Positions 14,194 through 26,449 of a stretch of DNA of 64,000 bases are shown here, piece by piece. The position numbers and the translations under genes are program-made. The notes beneath the pieces were generated by a model. The model was given only the letters and a program-made list of their open reading frames with translations, did not search any database and was not told the origin of the DNA. Position 1 is the stretch's first letter. The number at the start of each line of letters is the position of its first letter. This DNA comes from an uncultured Alphaproteobacteria bacterium (GTDB lineage Bacteria; Pseudomonadota; Alphaproteobacteria; Rhizobiales; Beijerinckiaceae), in the NCBI GenBank assembly GCA_963768555.1, contig CAVYIZ010000062.1, positions 26,503-90,502 on the forward strand, in the 5' to 3' direction.

Positions 14194-15300
14194 CGTGCCT
14201 ATCCGGTTAACGCCCATACCCACTACATGTAGGATGCATCCAATCGCCCGAATAGAGTTCTGCAAAGGTTGGTAACTCGACGCCACCCGCGACACCGAGC
14301 AGAGAGCGGAAGGCGTTGAACGGGTAGAAGCGGCGGTTGAACCGGAAAGTGAACTCGTTGAGATAGGCTTGCAGATGCTTGGCGCTGACGCCGTGGTGGA
14401 TGCCGTTCAGCCACGTCTTCAGAATTCGAGAAGACGAGATGGCAGATCGGCAGGAACTCCTCGGCCACCTCGGGTCGCCGCATTCGGCAATCGCGTGGTG
14501 GTCGTAGCCCCGCTTGCGCAGGCTGGCATAGCCGCTCCAGTCGTCGGTGATGACCAGCGTCCCCGGCATGACGGCACTCTCGACAAATCTGGCCAGCAAT
14601 TCGGCGCTGCGGTCGTCAGCGATGGACAGCCGGACGCGACCGGCATAGCGACCATCCTTCCGCTTGTCCTGCGCAGTGCCCGGCTCCCGGTGGCGGACCT
14701 CGACGGCAGCCGTCACCAGCGTCTTGTGGTGGACGCCACGGCCTTCGCCACGAGTCCGGCCTCCAACATAGGCTTCGTCCACCTCAACATGCTCTCCGGC
14801 CCTGCCGCCAATCCGGTCCTGATCGGGTCGCACCATGCCCGCGCGGAGCTTGTGCAGAATGCCGAAGGCGGTCTCATATCGCGTCAGCCCAAGCTGCCGC
14901 TGAAACTGCACCGCCGACATGCCCTGCGTCTGGCTGGCAACCAGATAAGCCGCCCAGAACCAAACGCTCAGCGGCGTATGGCTGCGCTCCATCACGATTC
15001 CCACGGTCAATCCCGTGTTGCGACGGCAATGGCGGCATCGCAAAACGCCGGGACGATTTTCAAAGCGGAACGGTTCCCCGAACAGACCCGCAGTGAGGGC
15101 AGACGAACCCCTCGCTCCAACGGGACTTTTCCAGGTAGGAGGCACAGGCCGCATCATCAGGAAAAAGCCCCTGGAACACGGGGAGCAATTCCGGGAATGG
15201 CAGATTGGCGCGGCGCCTATCTGTGGGTGTCAACCGGATAGCGCCGCGCGTCGGCCGAACTCAAGATATAGTAGGTGTGGGCGTTAACCGGATAGGCACG
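14194..15300 (-). mobile_element. IS1595-family element type 1, copy A (5' part of transposase deleted or garbled)
   Basis: TIR CGTGCCTATCCGGTTAACGCCCA at both ends; 8-bp TSD GAATAAAC (14186-14193, 15301-15308); VEVDE and YLNEFTFRFNRR motifs; about 60 bp shorter than copy B. Confidence 0.95.
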
Positions 15301-15694
15301 GAATAAACATAGCACTAATTTCTGTTTATGAAAACAATTTTGTATTCGGAACGTGAAAGTTTTCAAAACCCCATGAGAACGGGGCCGCCGATACATGACG
15401 GGCTCCAATCGAGCTTCGAACTGATCCTGCTCTCAGAGCATGACGCCATCGGCTAGAGCCGCCGCCGTGATCGCAGGGAGGGAAGCGCCCGGAGTCCTGG
15501 ATCGCTTCCGCCGAGCCGGGGGGCTTGCGCCGCGGCGGCGTGCAGCTCCCGCTCCATAGCAGAGAACGCGGACTGCATCGCCTTAAGCCTGTCGGCCATC
15601 AGGCGGATTTTGTCCCGCGCAACTTCGTCGAACGTCCGGCAAGCGAAGGATGTGCGCTCGTCACAGAAGGAGCTATCAATCCGTTATACGTAGA

Positions 15695-16033
15695 TCACTC
15701 GTGCAGCTCCGCGTCCACGACGGCGCGAAGCGCAGGCAAGGCTTCGTGGATCGTTTTCCAGACTCGCAGCTCTTGAACGTTCTCGTAGTTATGCCGGTAG
15801 ATGTTGCCGGAGCCGGCTACGTCTTTCCAAGGGATTTCCGGAAACCGTGCCTTGAAGGCAGGCGTCAACCGCCGCGACGCTTCGGAAATGATTTCGAGGC
15901 AGCGCGTCGCGGCGTAGAAGGTCTTATCGTCGCCAAGGAAACCATCAAGGTCGAAGCCATCAACAAAGCGCATCGCTCGGGCAATGTTGTCGCGTATGTC
16001 CTCCAACGCGTCGCGTTCGATGTCAGAAAGCAT
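15695..16033 (-). CDS. HepT/DUF86 HEPN RNase toxin
   Basis: LEIISEASRRL, FPEIPWKDVAG, GNIYRHNY (variant HEPN motif), VWKTI. Confidence 0.9.
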   Translation of the reverse strand: MLSDIERDALEDIRDNIARAMRFVDGFDLDGFLGDDKTFYAATRCLEIISEASRRLTPAFKARFPEIPWKDVAGSGNIYRHNYENVQELRVWKTIHEALPALRAVVDAELHE

Positions 16034-16319
16034 AGATCGCGTCAGCCGCCGCATGGGGCCGGAGGCGGGGCTTCAAGGCTTCCCTGTCGATCACATCAAC
16101 CGGGCCTGGAAACAAGCTTGCGACGTAATCTTTCAAACCCGCATAGTCGAACATCGTCACGACAATTGTGGGGTCGAGGTCAACCAGAAAATCGATGTCG
16201 CTGTCTGGCCGCTGTTCGTTGCGGGCCATGGACCCGAACAAGGCCGCATGCCTGACGCCATGCGCCCGCAAGTCGACCTCGCGTTCCTTCAACGTCCTTA
16301 TGATCTCGTCACGCTTCAT
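16023..16319 (-). CDS. Minimal nucleotidyltransferase (MntA-type) antitoxin
   Basis: LFGSMARNEQRPDSDIDFLVD; overlaps the HEPN gene. Confidence 0.92.
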   Translation of the reverse strand: MKRDEIIRTLKEREVDLRAHGVRHAALFGSMARNEQRPDSDIDFLVDLDPTIVVTMFDYAGLKDYVASLFPGPVDVIDREALKPRLRPHAAADAIYAF

Positions 16320-17033
16320 GCCGTCTCGTGTACCACGGAACCATCCGGTCGGGACGGGTTATCGAGCTTCGGGGAATAACTGGCGGCGGAACCGACGCGG
16401 CGCAGCGCGGCGCCGTGAGGTTGTATCCGAACGAGCGACCCCCGGTCGGAACCCGCCGACAGACCAGACCATATCTATGGCCAAGTAGCGTACGGAATTA
16501 GGTCGGCTCGCCTATCAGCGAGGGGCTGTCGAAGTAACATGCTCAACTTGATATTGTTCTTCCGGACCCTGCCCTCGACTCGGGGACCGCCAACCTGCGC
16601 CTTCAACCGTAAGCAATCAACTCGGAAGGTCAGCTGGCAGCCCGAGCGACGACCGGCCCAATCGCGCCAGAACCGCAAGCTGAAGGCCGACAGGAACTTC
16701 CAGTTTGGGCGGAAAGTGAGCTTTGGCCGAACGGCGGGTCTGGCGCGCATTGCGCGCGTTTACGGCCGAGCCTGTAGGCGCAGAGTCCGCCCGGAGCACG
16801 CATTCATCCGGAACCCCAATGGGCGGTCGCGGGGGGCGAAGGCCGGTCATTGCACCGTTGTCGGCGAGCACGGCAAGGCCGTAGAGCCAGGAGGGTATTC
16901 CACGTCTGCCCAGGGATCGTTTGCACTCAATTCGATTCTTTGCCAGCCGGCGGCTTCGGCCCGTAGTCGGGTCAAAGGGACCACCCGACCGCCCCGCAAG
17001 AGACACGGCCGCGCCTTGATCCGCCATCGCCGC

Positions 17034-19753
17034 TCAGTTCGCGTCCTGCATGGCGCGATAGCCGGCTTCGAGTTTCTTCAGGTCTTCCTCGCTCAACACC
17101 GGAGGCGCGAGCGTGATCGTCAGCTTGTCGATCTTGCCCGCGAACTTGAACGGGGTCTGGTAGTCGGCGTCGTCGATCGGCGTGCCGGTCTTCGAGCCGA
17201 TGTCGAACGTCTCGTCGATTGGCAGGAGAATGGGATCGTTCGCTCAAGCGTCTGGGTCGAAACGACCGCGCCGTCGATCTTGAAAGTCCCGGTTCCAGAG
17301 CGTCCGATGCCGCTCGGGGAGTTGAAGGCCAGCGTCTCAAAGCCCAACCCGTCGTATTTGAAGTCGAAATCGAGCGTGTGCTTGCCGGGCGCGAGCGGCA
17401 GGTCGCCCTGCCACTTCACCCGCTTGAGGTCGAGCAGGTTCCAGGTGAATACTGGCTTGCCTTTGACCAGGTAGAGCCCGTAGCCGCCCATCCGTCCGCC
17501 GTCGGAGACGATGTTGCCTTCGGCCCCGCCCTGCGGCACGTCGATTTCGGCGGTGATGGTGTAGGACGTGTTCAGGAGACTTGGCGCCGCGTTGTCCACG
17601 ATGCCGGTCACCGGTTCGCCGGAATAGGTGAACACCTTGCGGCCCGCGGCGAGGCCGGGACGCGGCTCGACGACCCGCGTGACGAACGACGCATCGAGCG
17701 GCAGCACCTGATACCTGGCGAACTCGCCGAACATCAGATCCGTCATCTCCTTCAATTTCTTCGGGTTGTCGGCGGCGACGTCCTGGAATTGCGTCCAGTC
17801 CTTGCGCAGGTCGTAAAGCTCGAACTTGAAGGAACTCGCCGGGTCGAGATTGACGCCGCCGATTGCCAAGTTCCAGGGCGGCCTCGTCGGCACCGCGCTC
17901 AGCATCCACCCGTCGTCGTAGAGCCCCTGCACGCCCGCCATTTCGAAATACTGCGTCTTGTGCGTCGAGGGCGCGCCGGCGTTCTCCTTGTCGAAGGTGT
18001 AGGCCATGCTGACGCCCTCGATCGGCCGCTGCTCAACGCCGTCGACGAAGTTGGGCGCCGGGATTCCGGTGGCCTCCAGAATGGTCGGCACGATGTCGAT
18101 CACGTGGTGGAACTGCCAGCGCGTTCCGCCCTTGTCCGTGATCCGCGCCGGCCACGAGATCGCCATTCCCTGGCGCGTGCCGCCGAAGAAGGACGGGATC
18201 TGCTTCATCCACTTATAGTGCGTGGCGAAGGCCCAGGACCAGGGATAGGCGAAGTGCGGATAGGTTGGCGGCGGCGTCGTAGGCCGCATCCATTAGATCG
18301 TAGAGATAGGAGACGCGGGCGCCGGTCATGGTCATCAAGGGAATGGCGACCTGACTGTCGTGGACGGAAGCCGAAGTCAGTACGCAGTGGCCGAACGCGT
18401 GAACGCCCGACTGAAGGACGAATTTCAACTGCTCGGCCGTCAGCTCGACGCCGTTGAAGCCGGCCATTTCGTTCCAGGTGCCGTTCTGCGTCCCCTCAGC
18501 CGAGGCGCCGTTGTCGCCGCTGATGTAGATGACGAGCGTATTGTCGAGCTTGCCCAAATCCTCGATCGCCTGGACCACCCGACCGATCTCGTGGTCGGTG
18601 TAGGCGAGATAGGCGGCATAGACGTCGGCCTGGCGGATGAAGAGGCGCTTCTCGACGTCGCTGAGCTCGTCCCAATTCTTGAGGATGTCGTGCGGCCACG
18701 GCGTGAGCTTCGCGTCGGCGGGGATGACGCCGAGCCTCTTCTGGTTTTCGAAGATGGTCTCGCGCAGGTTGTTCCACCCCTCGTCGAAGAGGTGCATGTC
18801 GCTGATCTTTTTAATCCACTCCGGCGTCGGATGGTGCGGCGCGTGCGTGCCGCCGGGCACGTAGTAGCAGAGGAACGGCATTTCCGGATCGATGGCGTCG
18901 AGCTGGTTGATCCAGTGGACGGCGTCGTCCGCCATGGCCGTGATGGGTTCCATTGCGGGTTGCCGATGAACGGCTCGATCGGGGTCGTATCGCGGAACAA
19001 GTTCGGCTGCCACTGGCTCGAGTCGCCACCGACGAAGCCGTAGAAATGCTCGAACCCCATGCCGGTCGGCCACTGGCCGAACGGCCCGGCCTGGCTCGCC
19101 TCGAAGGTCGGCGTGTTATGGTTCTTGCCGAACCACGAGGTGCGATAGCCGTTATCGAGCAGGATGCGCCCGACGGCGGCGATAGCCTTGCTGATGACGC
19201 TGTTGTAGCTGGGGAATCCGGTCGACTGCTCCGAGATGACGCCGAAGCCGGCCGAATGGTGATTGCGGCCGGTGATCAGCGCGGCGCGGGTCGGCGAGCA
19301 GAGCGATGTCGAGTGGAAATTGGTGTAGCGCAGGCCGTTGGCGGCGATGCGATCGAGCGTCGGGGTCGGGATCACGCCGCCGAAGGTCGAGGGGGCGCCG
19401 AAGCCGACGTCGTCGGTCATGATGAGCAGGATGTTCGGCGCACCTTTGGGCGGCACGACGCGCATCGGCCAATAAGGCTTCGATTGCGCGGCGTTGAGCT
19501 CGATCGTGCCGCCGAAGGGCTGCGGCGGCGGCGGCAATTGGTCGCCGGGGATGTTGATCGTCGCCGTGGTAGAGCCCGGCGTGCCGTAGACCCGGCCGAT
19601 GAAATTGGCGAATTTCTGTCGCGCCCAGCTGGCCGCAGCGGGGGCCTGCGCACCTGCCGACTGCGCCTTCGCGCCGAGCACGAACGACGATCCGCCAAAC
19701 AGGCCGAGCAGCGCCGCCTTGGCTGTGGAGAGAAAGAGTTGCCGCCTGTTCAT
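17034..19753 (-). pseudogene. Tat-exported arylsulfatase (AtsA-like), interrupted by a transposase-like fragment
   Basis: MNRRQLFL Tat signal; PNILLIMTDDVG; LCSPTRAALITG (CxPxR); GTHAPHH; ISGDNG; foreign ~150 bp at 18267-18420; frameshifts. Confidence 0.85.
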
Positions 19754-19917
19754 CTTGATCCTCCACCCGCCGCGCTCAATGCAGCTTGAGTTTTCACCCG
19801 GGCATACAAGCACATACGTTCAGGCGGCTCAACTTAACGGTTCGTCTCCCGGTACGGCTGGGCGACCTGGAGTCGCATTCCAGCCTATCGGCATTTGTCA
19901 AATCCCTCGCCGATAGA

Positions 19918-21375
19918 GGGTGCGATCCAAAGTGATGCAATCATGCTGCGGATTTTTGTGATAGGGAGGGGCGGTTTTGATTTGCGGGCGAGCTGTTTTG
20001 GCCGCGCTTGCTCCAATAGGCGTCCCAGTCGCCGTTGATACGGGTGACGCGCAGGGCGAGCATGGCGTCGGCGCGCTCGACGCGCCACCAAGCTCCTGGC
20101 AGCTTCAGGCGCTTCTGTGCGATATAGCGATGCGCGCTTTCGATCTCTCCGGAGCCGATCGGCAGATCCCTGGCCAAGGCGTCACGATAGTCGAGTTGGT
20201 TTTTCCGACCGCTCAAATAGCGATGGCAAGTTCGGACGGGAGCTTGATCGTCGGCCAACTGCGGGGGCTCCAAGTGACGAGCGAGCGCCTGCAGCGTCTT
20301 CTCCAAATGCCCTGTCTTGAGAGCCTCCTTTTGCGCCTCCATCCAGGCCTCTTTCGCGGCGGCGTCTGGCGCAATCGCCTTGACGGCGGCGCTCAAATAT
20401 TCGCAAACATGATAAAAATCAATCAAATAGCCGCCTTGTGGGCCGAATTGCGCTTCCACCTGACCCACGATCCAGGCCGCTCCGTCCCCGACCGCGTGAA
20501 CGCGGGAATCGGGCCGAAGCCGGCTCGAACCGCGCATCCGAGAAGTTGCCGTCCGGCGGTTTCGACACCGCCCTCGATCGCGCCGGCATAGATTGGCGTC
20601 CGGCTCCCCTTGGCGTGCGCGAGAGAAATCTTGGCTTCTCTCCACGACAGCGTCTTGCCTTTGCGCTTGTCCTTCTGGCGGGCGTCCGGCTCCACGATGG
20701 GGATCATGCCGCCATCGGTTTCAGCAACAATGTCCTTGTGACGCCCTGGCGCTTCGGGAAAATCTAGCGAGATCTTGCCGGCTTCGAACATGTTTCCGGC
20801 ATGGCCGAGTGTAACCCTCTGGATCGTGCTCTCTCCGATCTCGAAGCCGTAGTGCTCGCGCAACTTGGCGCGCGCCAGAGCGAAAGGCTGATCCGCGGCG
20901 AAGTCGACGATCGCGCGCTGTAGTGGGCCTGAACAACCCCGAGAAACGACTTTCGCGCTGCGCATGAACGGGCGAACGCGCTTCTTCTCGAACCGGTATT
21001 GCGGCTCTAAGACCGCGACCTCGCCGAATTTCGTATGCCAGCGGAGTTTTTTTTACCTTGGCGATGCATCTGAGCTTGTCGACGAATTTCTCGTTCCGTC
21101 GCTTCGACCTGGTTCTCGGCCCATCCCTGCATCGCCTCCCGCCCCAACAGCCGCAATCTCCTCCACGATCCGCTCCTCGACCGCATCGGCCTCCTTGAAG
21201 TTTCCCTCGCTGTTCTCTATCGCCTCAATTATCGACGCGAATGGATCGCGAAGACCAGGGTGCGCCTTGAGACTGGCCAAAATCGCCTCGTCGCTTAGTG
21301 TAGCGGCCGTCATGTGTTAAATTCCCATCCGTTTCCAAATCCGAACCTTACTCCGCATCACTTTGAATCGCACCC
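19918..21375 (-). mobile_element. ISKra4/UPF0236-like IS, copy 1
   Basis: TIR GGGTGCGAT(C/T)CAAAGTGATGC; flanks CGCCGATAGA / GCCATAGA (imperfect TSD); GDGAAWI, DFYHVCEY, IGSGEIESAH, KRLKLPGAWW; near-identical to 38416..39872. Confidence 0.9.
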
Positions 21376-21735
21376 GCCATAGAGGACTTTTGATTTCGGT
21401 TGGAACTCCCGGCTGGGTCGATCTGACGCGTTGGCAGCTCGCTTCCGGAATGGTCGGTCCTGGCGCAGAGCTTTCGTTCCGCCAACGAGCGGTTTTCGGT
21501 GTAAACGACGCGTACCGGGCCGGCCGGGAACAGCCAACGGGTCAATTGGCCGTCCGCGACCGACCCGGGCCGAGCGAACAATTTCGCTATCTCGTCGCTC
21601 CTGCGAGGCGCGTTGGCGGCTATGCACTGTCAGGCTATGTAAGCGGGGAACGGCACCACCGTTGATCGCCCGGCTGACATAAAGGCCGCACTGCCATAAG
21701 GACGGGGCTGCTCGATCTCGGAGTTCCCCGCCCCC

Positions 21736-21996
21736 ATGCAAATCTTCCCCTGCCCGTTCTGCGGTCCCCGCGACGAGACCGAATTCCACTATGTCGGCGA
21801 GCCGAAGGTCCGGCCCGAGCCGGCGGATGGGGTCAGCGACGCCGCCTGGGCGGAATATCTCTATTTCAACGCCAACCCGAAGGGCGCGAGCCGGGAAATC
21901 TGGCTGCATCTGACTTGCATGGAATCGTTCGCCATGACCCGCGACAAGGCGACTTACGCCGTCATCCGCAGCGAAATGTTGAGGGCGGCGCCGTGA
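21736..21996 (+). CDS. soxD: Sarcosine oxidase subunit delta
   Basis: CPFCGPRDETEFHY, WAEYLY, EIWLHLTC zinc-site pattern. Confidence 0.93.
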   Translation: MQIFPCPFCGPRDETEFHYVGEPKVRPEPADGVSDAAWAEYLYFNANPKGASREIWLHLTCMESFAMTRDKATYAVIRSEMLRAAP

Positions 21997-24900
21997 CCGC
22001 TTTCCGTCTCCCCGAGGGCGGCGCCGTCGATCGCGGCCAAGAGCTCGCCTTCACCTTCGACGGCAGGCCCCTCCTCGGGTTGAAGGGCGACAGCATCGCC
22101 TCGGCGCTGCTCGCGGGCGGCGTCCGCGTCGTCGGCCGCAGCTTCAAATATCACCGGCCGCGCGGAATTGGGGCGCTGGTGGGATGGAGGAGCCCAACGC
22201 GATCGTGGACGCGACGCGTTCGGGCCGCACCACGCCGAACCTCCGCGCCACCACGGAAGCGCTCGAGAACGATCTCGCCGTGCGTTCGGTCAACGCCTTG
22301 CCGACCGCAGCTTACGATCGCGCCGCGCTGATCGACAAATTCTCCCGCTTCATGCCCTCGGGCTTCTACTACAAGACCTTTATCTGGCCCCGGTGGGAGA
22401 CGTTCGAGCCGGCGATCCGCGCTTTTGCCGGCCTCGGACTTATCGACCCGGACAACCGCCCGCCGGCCGACAATCCGCAGTTCAACGCGCGCTGCGACCT
22501 ACTCGTCGTCGGCGGCGGCCCGGCAGGCCTCGCCGCCGCGAACGCGGCCGCCATTAGCGGCCATAGGGATATCCATTTAACCGGACTTGGGCGTATGCTG
22601 GGTGGATGGAGCGACCCCCTCGCCAGCATCCACTACCCTAAGTCCCTTGGGGAGTTTCGGGCTTGGTTCCCGACTGATGCGGACTGCCTCGACTACCTGG
22701 AATGGTTGAGATGGCCTCACGGCTTCGTCTGCCCGTCCTGTGGCCATTCGGAAGGATGGCGGCTTGGCGACGGCAGGTTCAAGTGCACTGGATGCGGCAG
22801 CCGTACGTCAGTGATAGCAGGCACCATCTTCGACCGGACCCGCACTCCACTCACGGTTTGGTTTTCAGCCTGTTGGTATTTTGCGAGTGGCAAAGATGGG
22901 ATCTCGGCGCGAGCTTGAAGCGGACCTTGGAGATCGGCCCGACCAGACGTGTGGGATATCCTTCATCGCTTGCGTCGGTGCTGATTTGCCCCGATCGGGA
23001 GCGCCTTTGCGGGAAGGTGGAGGTGGACGAAACCTACATCGGAGGCAAGGAAACTGGACTTTCGGGAGGCCGTGCCAAAGGGAAGAAGATCCTGACGTGT
23101 ATCGCGATCGAGATCCTGGAGCCTGAGTGGGATCTCGGGCGCCGTCCAACGGCGCCCGTGGCGGATGCCTCCTCAGAATTGCTTCACTCCTTCGTGTTGG
23201 ATAACGTCGAGCCGGGCGGCGACGGACATCACCGATGCCTGGCAGGGTTACCGGTGGTTGGAGAGCATGGGTATATCCATGACCGCCGTAGCCAGCGGGC
23301 CGCATCAACGCGAGGCGAGGACCCCGGAGAACTTCTGCCAGGCGTGCATCGAATAGCGTCCCTTGCCAAACGATGGCTGCTGGGCACCCACCAGGGAGCG
23401 GTGGATTCCGCACACTTGCCCAGTTACCTGGATGAGTTCGTGTTCCGCTTCAATTCGCCGGCGCTCACGTAGCAGATCGACTTTTTACCGGTTCCTGGAG
23501 CTTTGTCGCGCACGGACCGCTCCGTTACCAAGACCTGTTATGAGCCAGAGCCCAAAGGTTGTTCCTCAAGCCGCTCGAGACACCCGGACATCCGCCCTGC
23601 TTGGAGCGACCTTCGCCGAACCGCCCTTGGAGACAAATCGTCCAGTCCGGTTAAATGGATACCCAGGAGCGGCCAGATCGTTTTCCTGCTCGACGACCGC
23701 GAAAACATCGGGGCCAGCTCGCCCATCGCGGCGAAACCAGCCAAGGTGCGGATGGCGCGCGTTGACGGAAAGGTACGCGTCGTCCTTCGGTTCCAGCGGC
23801 GACGCGTCATGACGTCGAAGACGGTACGGCGTCTACGACCACATGGTCTGGGCCTGGGAACGGCGCTGCGAGCCCCAAGCCCCTGGTGCATCCGGCCGAA
23901 GCAGAACGTCGCCGCCGGGGGGCGATCGAATGACCTCTCGTCGATCCCGAAACTATCGGCCGGGCGTGATGTCGGCCGACGCGGCGCTCGTCTATCTCCG
24001 TCGGTTCGGCGTCATGATCGGCCGGCGCATCGCGATCGCGACCAACAACGACGAAGCCTACTCCTGTCGCCGAAGCGCTCAGCGAAGCCGGGGCCGAGGT
24101 CGAATTTTTGATGCACGACCCGATCCCCCCCGACGAAGCTTAAGAGTCTCGGCCGGCGCCGAGGTCGAAGGCGTCATCGGCGCGCCGGGCGTCGAGGGCG
24201 TCCGGGTCGGCGGCCAGATTCGCGCGCGGCCGACGCTCTGCTGCTCTCGGGCGGCTGGACGCCGACCGTCCACCTCTACGCCCAGGTGCGCGGCAAGCTG
24301 CGCTACGACGAGGCGCTCGCCGCGCTCGTGCCGAGCACTAGGTCGAGGGCGTCATCGTCGCGGGCGCGGCCAACGGCGCCTTCACCCTCGACGAAGCTTT
24401 GCGCCAGGGCCATGCTGCGGGCGGCGGCGAAGGCGCCGCGCCGAACGCGCCGGCCGGCCTCTATCGCATCGCCGCCGATTGGCCGAAGCCCGACGCCCCG
24501 GGAGGCGCTGGATCGACTTCCAGAGCGACGTGAGCTGAAGGACGTCGCGCTCGCCGGCCGGGGGGCTACGCGCGGTCGAGCAACTCAAGCGATACACGAC
24601 CCTCGGCATGGCGACCACCAGGGCAAGACCGCGAATGTCAACGGCCTCGCAGCGATGGCCGCGCTGACCGGGCGCACGATCGACGAAACCGGAACCACGA
24701 CCTATCGTCCGCCCTTCGTCCCTGTGCCGATGGGCGTCGTCGGCGGGCGGAGGCGCGGAGCGCTGATCAATCCGCTGAAGCGCCTGCCGCTGAGCCGGAG
24801 CATCGCGCCGACGGCGCGCAAATGCGCGAATACGGCGGCTGGCTGAGGCCCGCATGGTACGGCCCGGACGATCCGGAGCGCGCGATCCAGCGCGAGGCCG

Positions 24901-25932
24901 CCCGCGCGCGCGATACGGTCGCGCTGTTCGACGGCTCCTCGCTCGGCAAGATCGAGATCATCGGCCCCGACGCGGCGAAGCTCGCCGATTTCCACAGCTA
25001 CAACCGCCTCTCCAACCTGAAGCCCGGAAGGATCCGCTACGGCTTCCTCCTGTCGGAAACGGGCGTCGTGTTCGACGACGGCGTGACCCTGCGCCTCGCC
25101 GACGACCGCTTTCTCGTCTCCTGCTCGTCGGGACACACGGAAGCGGTCGTGATGCGGCTCGAGCTCTGGCGGCAGGATCGATTCGATCCGCGCCGCGTCG
25201 TCATTCACGATACGACCGCGCAATGGGCGACCCTGACCGTCACCGGCCCCCGCGCCCGCGATCTCGTCGTTGCCCTCGACCTCGGCGTCGCGCTCGACGA
25301 CGAGAGCCTGCCGCACATGGCCTTCGCGACGGCGCGTTCGATGGAGCGCCGCTCAGGATCGCGCGCGTAAGCTTCACCGGCGACCGCTCCTACGAGCTCT
25401 CCGTGCCCGCGACCCGCGCCGGCGCTTGCGCGCGCGAATCGTCGAGAAGCTGCCCGCCTTCGGCGGCGGACTCTTGGGTCTCGAAGGGCTGATGATTTTG
25501 CGCGCCGAAAAGGGCTACGTCGTCGTCGGCAAGGACACCGACGGAACGACCATGCCGCAAGATCTCGGGATCACCGGCCCGCGCGAGCAGCGCAAGGACG
25601 AGTACATCGGCAAGCGATCCCTGTTCACGCCCGCCGCTGAGGACAAGGCCCGCAAGCAGTTCGTCGGCTTGAGCGTCGGGAGCGGCGAGGCGCCGCTGCC
25701 GACCGGCGCGCATGTGGTCGCCGGCGCAGGCAAAGCGCGCCGGTCCTTCGGCTACGTCACCTCGAGCTACATGAGCCCGACGCTCGGCCGGCCGGTCGCG
25801 CTCGGCCTCGTGGAAAAGGGCTTTGCGCGCATGGGCGAAACTGTCAGCGTTTACCATCTCGGCGCGGAACGGAGAGCCTCCATCGCCCCCGCCGTCGCGC
25901 TCGATCCGGAAGGGAAGCGGCTCCATGCGTGA
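21993..25932 (+). pseudogene. soxA: Sarcosine oxidase subunit alpha, interrupted by IS1595 and frameshifted
   Basis: GDSIASALLA, GRSFKYHRPRG, GFYYKTF, VGGGPAGL, QGKTANVNG, TTYRPPF, LRAEKGY, GYVTSSY; split at 22563/23668. Confidence 0.9.
22564..23667 (+). mobile_element. IS1595-family element type 2, copy A, inserted in soxA
   Basis: TIR TATCCATTTAACCGGACT; 8-bp TSD AGCGGCCA (22556-22563, 23668-23675); RWPHGFVCPSC, VEVDETY, YLDEFVFRFN. Confidence 0.93.
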
Positions 25933-26424
25933 GACGGCCTGGGCGCCGGCGCGGCGAGGCGAAGGAACGCTGATCGAAAGGCCGCGGCTCACGGCGCGGG
26001 CGCTCACCGGAGCGGCCAAACGCTCGATCTCCGGCGACCTCGAGGCGGCGATCGGTGCGCTCGCGCCCGGCGCGCCGCTGATCGGCCTCTATGCGGGCGG
26101 CGCCGGAGGGCGCGCATGCGCTCCGCATCGCGCGCGACCGCGCGCTGCTCGTCACGCCGGCGCCGCTCGGGGCGGCCGACGGCTGGCGGACGGCTGGTGC
26201 GCGACTTGCGTCGACGACGGCTGTGCGGTGATCGATGTCGAGGGTCCCGACGCGCCGTCGGCGCTGGCTCAGGGGACATCCGCCGACCTCGCCGCAGGCT
26301 CGCCCTCGGCCGCCGTCCTGTTCGCCGGCTTGCGCGGCCTCTCGGGCGGACCGACGCGGGCTTCCGCCTGCATGTCGAGGCGCCGTGGCTGGAAGCGCTG
26401 ATGGCATGGCTCGACGGGGCGTGA
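25925..26424 (+). CDS. soxG: Sarcosine oxidase subunit gamma-like (frameshifted)
   Basis: Overlaps the soxA end; LRIARDRALLV, DDGCAVIDVEGP..ALAQGTSADL, FRLHVEAPW. Confidence 0.7.
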
Positions 26425-26449
26425 TCCGCCTCGTGTTCCGGAGACCTTA

